A stretch of DNA of 64,000 nucleotides from Acidobacteriota bacterium. GTDB taxonomy: Bacteria > Acidobacteriota > Polarisedimenticolia > Polarisedimenticolales > DASRJG01. The first letter of the stretch is position 1. Each line of letters opens with the position of its first letter. The translations under genes and the position numbers were made by a program. Where the stretch lies: contig JAQBEH010000022.1 of NCBI GenBank assembly GCA_032124015.1, positions 10,585 through 74,584 on the forward strand, given 5' to 3'. Shown one piece after another: positions 10,578-20,225 of the stretch. Under the pieces are notes generated by a model. The model did no database searches. It had not been told where the DNA came from and saw only the letters and a program-made list of their open reading frames with translations.

Positions 10578-11014
10578 GTACCGCCCGATCGGCGCGTGAG
10601 GCTATCCGGTGGATCAACGCGGGCATCGGAGCCGGACTGCTGACGTGCGTCGCCTATCCGCTGGTGTCGATGGCTCCCCTTCCCCGGACCTTGCTCGTGG
10701 TTCTCGCGGCGACTCTGGGGCCTTCATTGGCGTTGGCGTCTCTGGGTCTTCGCGAAGTACTGCGGCTGCACGATGAATCGATGTTGTGCGATCTCGGGGC
10801 GCTGTTCAACATCCTCGCGGGGGTGTTGTTCGAGGCGATGTTGCTCGTTCAACTCGCGGTTCGTCTGCGTTCGCCGGGCGACGCGATACCCGAGCAGCTC
10901 GTAGGTGTGTGTCCGGCAGTCGGAGTTTGGTACCTGGCCGCGACGATTCTCACGTGGCGCTCGATGTCGTGGCTGAAGGAAACGGCGAGACAACGGTATG
11001 CCCGGCACACGTAG
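10574..11014 (+). CDS. Hypothetical integral membrane protein
   Basis: 146-aa ORF with about 4 hydrophobic segments. No family was recognised. Confidence 0.5.
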   Translation: MSTARSAREAIRWINAGIGAGLLTCVAYPLVSMAPLPRTLLVVLAATLGPSLALASLGLREVLRLHDESMLCDLGALFNILAGVLFEAMLLVQLAVRLRSPGDAIPEQLVGVCPAVGVWYLAATILTWRSMSWLKETARQRYARHT

Positions 11015-11240
11015 CAACGGGACACGGGTTTCTCACGTCTTGAGCGCCGTCGGCGTGATCGTCTGGGGTGCGCTTGTGCTCGGTCTTTATTCGATCAGCA
11101 CTGCGGGATGCCCCTCAGGCGCATTTGGATCGCGGTGACGCTCGCCGTCGTCGGCTGCATCGTGGCGACGATCGTCCTTCAGGCGTCCGGGCTGGCTCCA
11201 GCAATGAGAGTTCTGCATTGAGTCGGTGAGCGCGCCACGG

Positions 11241-12197
11241 TCATCTTGGTTTGTTCTCGATGATTCCCTTCAGGTCCATGATCGTGTTCTGATCGGAAAC
11301 GATGACGCTGATCTTGTCCGAAAGTTTGTCGACGTAGAGGTAGCGGATGTAGTTCGGATTCTGCCGCAAGGCCTCGTTGATCAACTCGATGGCCTTCGCA
11401 CGTCCCGAGGCCTCGATCACCTTCCGCTCGGCCTCGCGCTCCTCCTTCTCCAGGACGTACTTCATCTGCTCGGCCGACTGCTGCGCGATTTGCTTGGCCT
11501 CGATCGCCTGCCCGAACTGGTCGGTGAAGCGCACGTCGCGCAGGACGACCTCGTCGACCATAAAGCCGTCCTTCTCGAGGAGCTCCTTGATCTTCACGTT
11601 GATCTCGTCTTGGATCGCAGCGCGCCGTGAGGAATACACGTCCATCACGGCGTACTCGGAGATGACGAGGCGGGTCACCGAGCGCACCGCGGGCCGGATG
11701 ATCTTGTCTTCGAAATCGGGGCCGATCTTCCGGTGGATACTCACGAGACGTTCCGGGTCGAGGTGATGCCAGACGGTCAGGTCGATTCCGACCTGAAGCC
11801 CTTCTTTCGTCGGCGACCAAAGCGAGTCGTCCATGTTCGATTTACGCCCTTCACCTTGCGCCTTGGTCATCGTGTATTCCAGACGCCGGATGTCGTACTC
11901 CGCCGTCTGACTGATCACCGGCCACACGAACGTCACACCCTCACGCGCGAGCCTGAAGCTCTTCGTGATCGTATTGAAGACCACCAGCGCATGGCCGACC
12001 GGAACGACCCGGACGGAGCCCACCATCGAGAACAGCAAAACCAGCAGGAGGGCGACGATCAGACCTACGCGTCCCGGGATTCCGGCTCGAATGCGGTTTC
12101 CCGCGACGTCGCGCAGGTGGCGGGAGCGGCGGATCTGGTAGACGAGGATGACGACGACCGGGATCGCGATGGCGAGAAACAGCATGAACGGGAGCAT
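11241..12197 (-). CDS. SPFH/Band 7 (prohibitin/HflC-like) membrane protein
   Basis: N-terminal TM region, then an SPFH core (VPVGHALVVFN.., VDEVVLRDVRFTDQF..AIEAKQIAQQ..) and a coiled-coil tail. Confidence 0.85.
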   Translation of the reverse strand: MLPFMLFLAIAIPVVVILVYQIRRSRHLRDVAGNRIRAGIPGRVGLIVALLLVLLFSMVGSVRVVPVGHALVVFNTITKSFRLAREGVTFVWPVISQTAEYDIRRLEYTMTKAQGEGRKSNMDDSLWSPTKEGLQVGIDLTVWHHLDPERLVSIHRKIGPDFEDKIIRPAVRSVTRLVISEYAVMDVYSSRRAAIQDEINVKIKELLEKDGFMVDEVVLRDVRFTDQFGQAIEAKQIAQQSAEQMKYVLEKEEREAERKVIEASGRAKAIELINEALRQNPNYIRYLYVDKLSDKISVIVSDQNTIMDLKGIIENKPR

Positions 12198-12315
12198 GGA
12201 AACCTCCTAGCGGAAAGCACGATCGAGCCCACGCGGCCGCCACCGTTACTGTACACGGAACGCGACGCGGAACGATCCGGATCGGGCGGGCAGTCGCGGC
12301 TTCGCCGCCGCCAGC

Positions 12316-12328
12316 TATAATCCCCGCA
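12316..12328 (+). promoter_or_regulatory. Perfect -10 box positioned for a leaderless transcript of the ClpX-like gene
   Basis: TATAAT at 12316..12321, then 6 nt, then the A of ATG 12328. No Shine-Dalgarno sequence lies between them. The -35 is weak. Confidence 0.35.
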
Positions 12329-13416
12329 TGAAACCCATCGAGATCAACGACTTCCTCCAGGCCGATGTGATCGGGCAGCAGGAAACCCTAAAATTCGTGG
12401 CGGTCGCCATCTTCAAGCACATCCAGGGGGAGCGGTATGGCAACCTCTTGATGATCGGGAACTCCGGCACCGGCAAGACGACGATCATGCGTTCCATGGA
12501 ACGCTTGTACGAAAAGCACGAGGAGTTCCACGCGAATCGCGTCGTCTGCATCATGAACGCCAATCAGTTCGCGAGCGAAGAGGGAATCGTCGACCCGAAT
12601 CGCCTCCTCGTTCGTCTGGAAGAGCGGGCGCGAGAGATCCTCGGCGAGGATGCCACCGCCGAGCAGATCGGCGACTACATAGAGCGCGCGACCGTCTGCA
12701 TCGACGAGATCGACAAGATCTCGGCGATCGTCGGCGGCAAACCGTACGTCACCGGCATCAACATCCAGCAGGGGCTGCTGACGTTGATCGAGGGCGAGCG
12801 GATTCTCTACCCGGTGACGATCTACAAGAACAAGCAGCTCGAAAAAGCCGCGATCCACATCGATACTGGAAAGATGCTGTTCCTGTGCGCGGGAGCGTTC
12901 GAATCACTCTACGATCAGGTGTACCGGCGGGTGACGTCGCCGACGTCGCGCGTCAAGCTTCCCGCCGAGACCGTTTACGAAAACGGCGAAGTCCAGATCC
13001 GCGAGTACTTCACGCTGCGCCACTGGTTCAAACAAGAAGACCTGTTCGACTACGGCATGCAGCCACAGTTCCTCTCGCGCTTCGACAATTCGATCATTCT
13101 CGAAGACCTGAATGCCGGAACGTTGTCGCGCATTTTCACCGAGCCGAAGGATTCGGTCCTGCGCGCGTCCCAGAATTTTTTCAAGAACTACAATATCGAC
13201 ATCGACGTGACCGACGGCGCCGTGCGCAAGATCGCGGACGAGGCGTCGAAGTCGAGCCGTATCGGGGCGCGTGCGCTGAAGGCCGTCTGGGGAAAGATCA
13301 TCAAGCCGTACGAATTCGACCCGTTCGGACAGACGGACGTCAAAAAAGAAGGCGACCGCCACCGCCTGGTCGTCGACGAAGCGGTCGTGCTACGTGCGCT
13401 GAAGCCGCCGCTTTAG
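12328..13416 (+). CDS. ClpX-like AAA+ ATPase lacking zinc-binding domain and IGF loop
   Basis: Walker A GNSGTGKT, Walker B VCIDEIDK, ClpX-like blocks QQGLLTLIEG, MLFLCAGAF and IGARALK. No N-terminal Cys cluster is present. Spot-counted lines are 48-57% GC against about 67% in the neighbouring gene. Confidence 0.8.
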   Translation: MKPIEINDFLQADVIGQQETLKFVAVAIFKHIQGERYGNLLMIGNSGTGKTTIMRSMERLYEKHEEFHANRVVCIMNANQFASEEGIVDPNRLLVRLEERAREILGEDATAEQIGDYIERATVCIDEIDKISAIVGGKPYVTGINIQQGLLTLIEGERILYPVTIYKNKQLEKAAIHIDTGKMLFLCAGAFESLYDQVYRRVTSPTSRVKLPAETVYENGEVQIREYFTLRHWFKQEDLFDYGMQPQFLSRFDNSIILEDLNAGTLSRIFTEPKDSVLRASQNFFKNYNIDIDVTDGAVRKIADEASKSSRIGARALKAVWGKIIKPYEFDPFGQTDVKKEGDRHRLVVDEAVVLRALKPPL

Positions 13417-13445
13417 GGAGACCTGACCCCTTTTCTTCTCTAGAA
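13414..13445. repeat. Degenerate REP-like element
   Basis: TAGGGAGACCTGACCCCTTTTCTTCTCTAGAA shares its CCCCT..TTCTCTAGAA tail with the copy at 25533. Its TAG is the stop of the ClpX-like gene. Confidence 0.4.
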
Positions 13446-13452
13446 TGTCGCC

Positions 13453-15819
13453 ATGAGAGATTTCGAGAAGCTGGGCGTTTTCTACCTCGGTAGGCTCGCG
13501 GGACCCAACGCTCCGAAAGAGCCGGAACCGGTCCTCTACGACGCGAAGGATCTCACGACGCATGGCGTGATCGTCGGGATGACGGGGAGCGGCAAGACAG
13601 GCCTCGGCATCGGCCTTATCGAAGAGGCCGCCATCGACGGCATCCCCACGATCGCCATTGACCCCAAAGGCGACCTCGGCAACCTGCTGCTCACCTTCCC
13701 CGACCTGGCGGCCGCCGACTTCGCGCCGTGGGTCGAACAAGGCGTCTCGGCCGATGAGACCGCGGCGGCGTGGACCAAGGGGCTCGCCGCGTGGGGCGAG
13801 GGGCCGGAGCGCATCAAGAAGTTCCGCGACGCCGTCGACCTGGCGATCTACACACCGGGAAGCAGTGCCGGCCGATCGATCTCGATCCTCCGTTCCCTCG
13901 CGGCGCCGCCTCCCGCGGTGATGGACGACGAGGACGCGCGCCGCGAGAAGATCAACGGTACGGTGTCCGGGCTGCTCGCCCTCCTCGCCATCGAGGCGGA
14001 CCCGCTCCGGAGCCGCGAGCACATTTTGATGGCGAAGCTCGTGGAGGCCGCCTGGACGACGGGGAAGGACCTGGATCTTGCGGGCCTGATCCGGGATATC
14101 CAGAAGCCGCCGTTCGATCGCGTCGGCGTCGTGGACGTCGAATCGTTCTACCCCGCGAAGGATCGAGGCGCGCTGGCGATGTCCCTCAACAACCTCCTCG
14201 CCTCGCCGGGGTTTGAGGCGTGGCTGACGGGCGAGCCCCTCGACATTCAGCGCCTCTTGTGGACCGCCGAGGGGAAGCCGCGCGTGTCGATCCTTTCGAT
14301 CGCGCATCTTTCGGACGCGGAGCGGATGTTCTTCGTGACGCTCCTTCTCAACGAACTCGTGGCCTGGATGCGCGGGCAGACGGGTACGACCAGTTTGCGC
14401 GCGCTGTTTTACATGGACGAAGTGTTTGGGTTTTTCCCTCCCGTCGCCAACCCGCCCGCGAAAACACCGATGCTGACGCTGCTCAAGCAGGCGCGAGCGT
14501 ACGGTGTGGGGTGCGTGCTTGCGACCCAGAACCCGGTCGATCTCGACTACAAGGGTCTCTCAAACGCGGGGACGTGGTTCCTCGGGCGACTGCAGACCGA
14601 ACGCGACAAAGCGCGCGTCATCGAGGGGCTTGAAGGCGCGTCGGCCGCGGCGGGAAGGAGCTTCGACAAGCAGGCGATGGAGGCGACGCTCGCCGGACTC
14701 GGGAAGCGGGTCTTCCTGATGAACAACGTCCACGAGGATGCGCCGGTCCTGTTCGAGACCCGCTTCACGTTGTCGTTCCTTCGCGGGCCGCTCACCAAAA
14801 AGCAGATCCAGGTCCTGATGGCGCCGCAGAAAAGCGCGGCCGCGGCTCAGCCCGCCGCGACACCGACTGTTGCGGCCTCGGGCGGGCGTCCGGCGGTGCC
14901 CGCCGGCGTGAATGAAACGTTCCTCCCGTGGCGCGGAGCGCAGAAACCAGGGGAGCGCCTCGTCTACCGGTCCGGCCTCCTCGGCACGGCGAACGTGCAC
15001 TTCGTCGATGCGAAGGCGCAGGTCGACGCGTGGGTCGAAGTGGCCCTGATCGCGCCCTTCGCGGAAGGCGGTGCCTGGGACGCCGCGGAAGATCTCGGCG
15101 AGAAACCTGAGCTCGAAAACGACCCCGATGCCAGGGCTGCGTTCGACTCCCTTCCCGCCGTCGCGTCCCAGCCGAAAAGCTACGCCGCGTCGGAGAAGGA
15201 GCTCGCCGGGTACCTCTACCGCACGAGAACGCTCGACCTCCACAGTTGTCCCTCGCTGAAGCTTGTGGCCAAGCTCGGCGAATCCGAGGGGGACTTCAAG
15301 ATCCGCGTGCAGCAGGCCGCGCGGGAGAAGCGGGACGCGGCAGTGGAAACGCTCAGAGCAAAATACGCGGGCAAAGCGGACACCCTGCGCAACCAGGAAC
15401 GGCGCGCCGCCGAGCGTGTCGCACGCGAACAGGTCCAGGCTTCCCAGCAGACGATGCAAACCGCGATCAGCGTCGGGGCCACCCTGCTTGGCGCATTGTT
15501 CGGACGCAAGGCGGTCTCCGTCGGATCGATCGGCCGCGCGACGACGGCCGCGCGGGGCGTCGGCCGCACGATGAAGGAACGCCAGGACCTCGACGGCGCG
15601 GAGCAAAGCGTCGAAGTGGTACGAAGGAAGATCGCGGACCTCGAGGCCGAGCTGCAGTCCGAAATCGCCGAACTGAGCAGCGCCCATGAACTCGAGAACT
15701 TCGCCATCCAGTCCGCCTCGCTGAAGCCGAGAAAATCGGACATCGCCGTGTCCGGGGTCTCGCTCGCTTGGATTCCCCACTGGGTGGGCGACGGCGGGAG
15801 CGCCCGCCCGGCACGGTGA
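13453..15819 (+). CDS. HerA/FtsK-superfamily P-loop NTPase, YjgR (DUF853)-like, with long C-terminal extension
   Basis: Walker [19 protein letters not shown], Walker [11 protein letters not shown] and [15 protein letters not shown] parallel E. coli YjgR blocks as I recall them. The C-terminal 300 aa or so is a coiled-coil plus a Gly-rich amphipathic segment. Confidence 0.75.
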   Translation: MRDFEKLGVFYLGRLAGPNAPKEPEPVLYDAKDLTTHGVIVGMTGSGKTGLGIGLIEEAAIDGIPTIAIDPKGDLGNLLLTFPDLAAADFAPWVEQGVSADETAAAWTKGLAAWGEGPERIKKFRDAVDLAIYTPGSSAGRSISILRSLAAPPPAVMDDEDARREKINGTVSGLLALLAIEADPLRSREHILMAKLVEAAWTTGKDLDLAGLIRDIQKPPFDRVGVVDVESFYPAKDRGALAMSLNNLLASPGFEAWLTGEPLDIQRLLWTAEGKPRVSILSIAHLSDAERMFFVTLLLNELVAWMRGQTGTTSLRALFYMDEVFGFFPPVANPPAKTPMLTLLKQARAYGVGCVLATQNPVDLDYKGLSNAGTWFLGRLQTERDKARVIEGLEGASAAAGRSFDKQAMEATLAGLGKRVFLMNNVHEDAPVLFETRFTLSFLRGPLTKKQIQVLMAPQKSAAAAQPAATPTVAASGGRPAVPAGVNETFLPWRGAQKPGERLVYRSGLLGTANVHFVDAKAQVDAWVEVALIAPFAEGGAWDAAEDLGEKPELENDPDARAAFDSLPAVASQPKSYAASEKELAGYLYRTRTLDLHSCPSLKLVAKLGESEGDFKIRVQQAAREKRDAAVETLRAKYAGKADTLRNQERRAAERVAREQVQASQQTMQTAISVGATLLGALFGRKAVSVGSIGRATTAARGVGRTMKERQDLDGAEQSVEVVRRKIADLEAELQSEIAELSSAHELENFAIQSASLKPRKSDIAVSGVSLAWIPHWVGDGGSARPAR

Positions 15820-15837
15820 CCGGCGAGAGGACGGTCG

Positions 15838-16674
15838 ATGGTGTACGACATCCGCACGCGATCCGGCGCCGTGATGCCGAACCTGGGGTTGGGTACCTGG
15901 CGCATGGGCGAAAACGAATCCGCCCGCCGAGAAGAGGTCGCCGCCTTGCAGCTAGGGCTCGACCTGGGATTGGATCTGATCGATACCGCGGAGATGTACG
16001 CCGACGGCGGCGCGGAAACCGTCGTCGCCGACGCTATCGCGGGGCGGCGAGACGGCGTCTTTCTCGTCTCGAAGGTCCTCCCTCACAACGCCAGCCGCAT
16101 AGGCACGCTTTCCGCCTGCGAGCGCAGCTTAAAGCGATTGCGCGTCGAACGTATCGATCTCTACCTGTTGCACTGGCCGGGGGAGCACCCGCTCGAAGAA
16201 ACGCTGGGCGCCTTCACGCGACTCGCGGAGCAGGGGAAAATCGCCCACTACGGCCTGTCGAATTTCGACCTCGACGAGCTTGCACGCGCGGAAGGGCTCC
16301 CGGGAGGCCTGCGCGTCGGCGCGAATCAGGTCCTCTACAACCTCGAACGGCGCGGGGTCGAGCGCAAGCTGATTCCGTGGTGTGCGTCCCGGAACATCGC
16401 GATCATGGCGTACTCGCCCCTCGAGCAGGGGAGGCTCAGCCCTCACGAAGCCCTGCGGCGCGTGGGGGCGCGGCACGACGCGACCCCCGCGCAGGTGGCG
16501 CTTGCCTGGACGCTGCGTCACGACAACGTCGTTGCGATCCCGAAGGCGGCTCGCCTCGCGCACGTTCGCCACAACGCGAAGGCCGCGGACATCGTTCTCA
16601 CCGAGGAAGACCTGGCGGACATCGATCACGCGTTCCCGCCTCCGCGACGCGACGTTCCCCTGGAGACCTTGTGA
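15838..16674 (+). CDS. Aldo/keto reductase
   Basis: 278-aa ORF with [15 protein letters not shown] and LYLLHWP motifs. Confidence 0.88.
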   Translation: MVYDIRTRSGAVMPNLGLGTWRMGENESARREEVAALQLGLDLGLDLIDTAEMYADGGAETVVADAIAGRRDGVFLVSKVLPHNASRIGTLSACERSLKRLRVERIDLYLLHWPGEHPLEETLGAFTRLAEQGKIAHYGLSNFDLDELARAEGLPGGLRVGANQVLYNLERRGVERKLIPWCASRNIAIMAYSPLEQGRLSPHEALRRVGARHDATPAQVALAWTLRHDNVVAIPKAARLAHVRHNAKAADIVLTEEDLADIDHAFPPPRRDVPLETL

Positions 16675-16685
16675 GTGCCAGGACC

Positions 16686-17312
16686 ATGAGCGCCGTCCTG
16701 ACGAAGCTCACCGCCCGCTACACGGTCGATCGGTTCGTCACCGCGAACGGTCCCGACCCGTTCCGCATCCTCATCAGTTGCATCCTCTCGCTCCGCACGA
16801 AAGACGAGGTCACCTACCCGGCAACCGAACGCCTGTTCGCAAAAGCGAGCGATCCGGCGGGGATGCTGAAGCTGACGCCCACCGCGATCGAAAAGGCGAT
16901 CTACCCGGCCGGCTTCTACCGGACGAAGGCGAAGCAGATTCGCGCGATCTCCGGGATCTTGCTGTCGCGTCATGACGGGACAGTGCCCGACACGATCGAG
17001 GACCTGCTCCTCCTTCCCGGCGTCGGGCGCAAGACGGCCAACCTCACGGTCACCCTCGGCTTCGGAAAACCCGGCATCTGTGTCGACACGCACGTCCACC
17101 GCATCGCGAACCGCCTCGGCTGGGTCGCGACCAACACCCCCGACGACACCGAGGCCGCGTTGCGACGCAGCCTCCCGAAACGTTGGTGGATCCCGATCAA
17201 CGAGACGTTGGTGCGCCACGGACAGCAGGTGTGCAAGCCGATCTCACCGTTGTGCTCGGCCTGTCCGGTCGCCCACGCGTGCCCGAAGATCGGTGTCGCG
17301 CGCCGTCGCTGA
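16686..17312 (+). CDS. nth: Endonuclease III
   Basis: HhH-GPD motif [14 protein letters not shown], catalytic VDTHV, and a C-terminal Fe-S cluster motif [20 protein letters not shown] 16671, overlapping the AKR stop, is an alternative start. Confidence 0.88.
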   Translation: MSAVLTKLTARYTVDRFVTANGPDPFRILISCILSLRTKDEVTYPATERLFAKASDPAGMLKLTPTAIEKAIYPAGFYRTKAKQIRAISGILLSRHDGTVPDTIEDLLLLPGVGRKTANLTVTLGFGKPGICVDTHVHRIANRLGWVATNTPDDTEAALRRSLPKRWWIPINETLVRHGQQVCKPISPLCSACPVAHACPKIGVARRR

Positions 17313-19358
17313 GGCGCGAAAAAGGGGAGTGTCCCCTTTTCCCCAAACCTGCAGCATCCACGCCACATCGAAGGCGATCTCCTTCAGCGCGTCGTAGCGC
17401 CCCGAGGAACCGCCGTGGCCGGCGGCGAAGTTCACCTTCAACAGGACCTGCGGCGCGCCGTCGTTTCTTTCACGCAAGCGCGCGACGTACTTGGCGGGCT
17501 CCCAGTACATGACTTGGCTGTCGTTGATGGAGGTCTTCACGAGCATTTTCGGGAATGGCTTACGGCCGAGGTTCGAGTACGGGCAATATGAGCGCAGGAT
17601 CGCGAACTGCGCCGGATCGGTCGGATTGCCCCACTCCTCGAACTCGGCGACGGTCAGCGGCAACGATGTATCGAGCATCGTGTTGATGACGTCGACGAAC
17701 GGCACCTTGAGGACCGCGCCACCCGCGACGTCCGGCCGCAGGTTCATAACGGCCCCGATGAGAAGGCCGCCCGCGCTCCCCCCTTCGATGATCAAGCGCT
17801 CCCGCGAAGCGTACGATCCGCGCACGAGGAAGTCAGCCACGGCGATGAAGTCGGTGAACGAGTTCGGCTTGTGCTCCATCCGCCCCGAATCGTGCCAGGG
17901 CTTTCCGAGCTCGCCTCCGCCACGCACGTGCGCCAGGGCGCAGACGGCGCCGCGATCGAGGAGCGACAGCCGGTTCGACGAGAACATCGCGGGGAGCGGA
18001 TAGCCGTACGCGCCGTAACCCACGAGGTGCATCGGCGCCGTGCCGTCCATCGGCGTGTCCTTCCGGTGAGCGAGCGAGACCGGAACGGCCGTTCCGTCGG
18101 GCGCGATCGCTTGAGCGCGCTCCACGGTGTAGAGCGAGGGGTCGTAGCCGCCCAGCACCTCGTTACGCTTCATGAGCGTCTTGGCGCGCGTCGCCATGTC
18201 GTAGTCGTAGATGGACGGTGGCGTGACCATCGACTGGTAACGGAAGCGGAAGATCGACGTCTTGAACTCGGCGTTGATGTCCGGGAAGGTCGAGTACGCC
18301 GGTTCCGGGAAAGAGATCGCGTGGGTTTCGCCCGAGTCCAGCGCGTGCACCACGAAGCGCTCGAGCCCATCCTCGCGCTCGTAGGCGACGAGATGCTCCG
18401 CGAACAACTCGATCCCCGCCAGGTTCACGTCTGTGCGGTGCGGCAGGACCTCCGTCCACGCTTCCTTGGCGATGGCGTCGACGGGGCACCGTGCGAGGCG
18501 GTAGTTGCGTCCGCTATCGTTGGTGCGAATCCAGAAGGTGCTTCCGCCGTGGTCGACCTCGTATTCGAGTTCGGGTGCTCTGGGCAGGAAGATCCGGAAT
18601 GCGCCGTCGGGATCGCTCGCTGCGAGGAAGCGGACCTCGCTGGCCGTGTGGCTGTCGGCGTCCAGGAAGAGGTACCCGAGACTCCGCGAGCGGCGGATCG
18701 CAAGCGAGAATCGCTCATCCGACTCCTCGTGAATGAGGACAGGTTCCGCGTCGCCTCGCCGGTGACGCCAAAGTCGATACGCTCGTTTCGCGTCGTCGTC
18801 GGTAACGTAAAAGAGCGTTTTCCCGTCGGCCGACCATGCGACCGAGCTGACCCTTTCGATCGATTCCGGCCCGTTTTCGGCGCGCCGCAGGTCGCGGACG
18901 TGCAGCGTGTACTCGCGAAACCCGGTCGTGTCCACCGAGTAGGCCAGTAAGCTGCCGTCGTCGCTCACCACGAAGGCGTTCACGGCGAAATAGGCGTGGT
19001 CGCGAGCGAGAGCGTTCAAGTCGAGGACGATTTCTTCGGCCGAGGTGAGCGCGCCGAGCTTGCGCGCGAGGATCGGGTACTGCTTCCCTTCCTCGGTGCG
19101 CGCGTAGTACCAATACAATCCCTTGCGGTAGGGGACCGAGAGGTCGGTCTCTTTGATGCGCGCGAGCATTTCCTTGTACAGGCGCTCTTGAAGGGCGCCG
19201 GTTCCCTGAAGCGCCGCTTCCGCGTGGGCGTTCTCGGCGACGAGGTGCGCCGTGACCCGAGGATCGTCTTTGTCGCGAAGCCAGAAGTAGTCGTCCTCCA
19301 GGGTCTCGCCATGAAGCGTGATCGCATGGGGAATACGCGGAGCGATGGGCGGGTTCAT
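17244..19358 (-). CDS. ptrB: Oligopeptidase B (S9A prolyl oligopeptidase family) with a REP-encoded C-terminal extension
   Basis: N-terminus [19 protein letters not shown], catalytic region GGSAGGLL, and AAGHGG near the end. ATG 19358 is used, because the ORF-track start 19415 runs through a REP. No stop occurs until 17244. Confidence 0.85.
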   Translation of the reverse strand: MNPPIAPRIPHAITLHGETLEDDYFWLRDKDDPRVTAHLVAENAHAEAALQGTGALQERLYKEMLARIKETDLSVPYRKGLYWYYARTEEGKQYPILARKLGALTSAEEIVLDLNALARDHAYFAVNAFVVSDDGSLLAYSVDTTGFREYTLHVRDLRRAENGPESIERVSSVAWSADGKTLFYVTDDDAKRAYRLWRHRRGDAEPVLIHEESDERFSLAIRRSRSLGYLFLDADSHTASEVRFLAASDPDGAFRIFLPRAPELEYEVDHGGSTFWIRTNDSGRNYRLARCPVDAIAKEAWTEVLPHRTDVNLAGIELFAEHLVAYEREDGLERFVVHALDSGETHAISFPEPAYSTFPDINAEFKTSIFRFRYQSMVTPPSIYDYDMATRAKTLMKRNEVLGGYDPSLYTVERAQAIAPDGTAVPVSLAHRKDTPMDGTAPMHLVGYGAYGYPLPAMFSSNRLSLLDRGAVCALAHVRGGGELGKPWHDSGRMEHKPNSFTDFIAVADFLVRGSYASRERLIIEGGSAGGLLIGAVMNLRPDVAGGAVLKVPFVDVINTMLDTSLPLTVAEFEEWGNPTDPAQFAILRSYCPYSNLGRKPFPKMLVKTSINDSQVMYWEPAKYVARLRERNDGAPQVLLKVNFAAGHGGSSGRYDALKEIAFDVAWMLQVWGKGDTPLFRASATARDTDLRARVGDRTGRAQR
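17318..17344. repeat. REP copy (exact core, GTG orientation)
   Basis: The sequence is GAAAAAGGGGAGTGTCCCCTTTTCCCC. It lies just 3' of nth and inside the ptrB reading frame. Confidence 0.8.
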
Positions 19359-19367
19359 CCGACAATA

Positions 19368-19404
19368 ATAGGGGACACAGGGAAAGGGGACACTCCCCTT
19401 TTTC
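19368..19404. repeat. REP copy with ATAGGGGACAC head (left flank of RAYT)
   Basis: The sequence is ATAGGGGACACAGGGAAAGGGGACACTCCCCTTTTTC. It is near-identical to the reverse complement of 20226..20261. Confidence 0.8.
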
Positions 19405-19411
19405 GCGGTGA

Positions 19412-20078
19412 TCAAAAGTGGAAATCTGGTTCGCGGTCAGGGAAGGGCGCGTCCCGCTTCGCCACCCGTGGTCGACCGCGTGGTCTCAGTGTACCCAGCA
19501 GGTTGAGGCGGGTAGCGACGTCCCGCGTCCAGGTCGAGTCGCCCAGGGGCCGGTCGCGTTGAATCGACGTGCGTAGCTCCGAAAGTTCGGCGCCTGTCAG
19601 TGGGGTGTCGACCCAATCGAGCCACGGCGACGGAAGCGGCACCGGCGAGTTTGCCAGCAGTCCACGCGATTGGTCTATGAACTTCCGCTCGCGAACGCTC
19701 GACCATCGCCAGTGGGTAGCACAACGCACAAGGCCGGCCCGCACCGGATTGCGCTCGACATAACGCACGACCGTCAAGAAATGAGCATCAGCCTGGACGG
19801 GAGACGCCCCGTAACGCCCCTGCCAGACGCGGCCCGTTGTCCCGTGACGAACACGATGCCGTTGCACGTGCGTCGTGATGAGCCAGTGCATGAAGCGAGC
19901 GAGGTCCCCGTCCCCGATCGGGCGCACGACCAGATGGACGTGGTTAGGCATGAGACACCAGGCGAGAACATCCAGGCGCACTCTGCTCTTGGCATCGTGC
20001 ATCAGTCGCCCGGGCGTTGCGGCGAGTCACGACATGAGCGCACAAGCCACCGGGTATCGGACGGGAAAACCGAGGCAT
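19412..20078 (-). pseudogene. REP-associated tyrosine transposase (RAYT, IS200/IS605 Y1 family), N-terminally disrupted
   Basis: The main ORF 19412..20002 carries the HUH motif (LMPNHVHLVV) and the Tyr helix (VVRYVERNP). An N-terminal strand remnant MPRFSRPIPGGLCAHVVTRRNARATD starts at 20078 in a different frame. The segment between the two is shorter than in intact family members. Confidence 0.6.
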
Positions 20079-20178
20079 CGTGTCAGAGATGGGGGTGGGG
20101 GAGGACCATCGCCGAGGAAACTAGAACGGATGTCCGTTCCCTGAGGCCTTGCTCGAGCCGTCTCCTGGTTACGCATCC

Positions 20179-20211
20179 GCAACCCACCGCACGCGTCGTG
20201 CGGTGGGTTGC
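20179..20211. repeat. 33-nt palindrome (15-bp stem, 3-nt loop) upstream of the RAYT remnant
   Basis: GCAACCCACCGCACG (20179..20193) and CGTGCGGTGGGTTGC (20197..20211) are exact reverse complements. Confidence 0.7.
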
Positions 20212-20225
20212 GTCGCCGGAGCCTT

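Noticed and set aside
9896-10626. Minus-strand ORFs of 218 and 112 aa in the lower-GC islet
   Set aside because: Their composition is Arg/Ser/Pro-rich, no motifs were recognised, and they lie antisense to the Lys/Ala-rich gene and the small coupled ORFs. They are probably not coding, although this region is the least certain part of the annotation.
15768-16670. N-terminal 300 codons of the 514-aa ORF that ends as endonuclease III
   Set aside because: The sequence is Arg-rich nonsense overlapping the aldo/keto reductase in another frame. Nth homology begins only at MSAVLTKL (16686).
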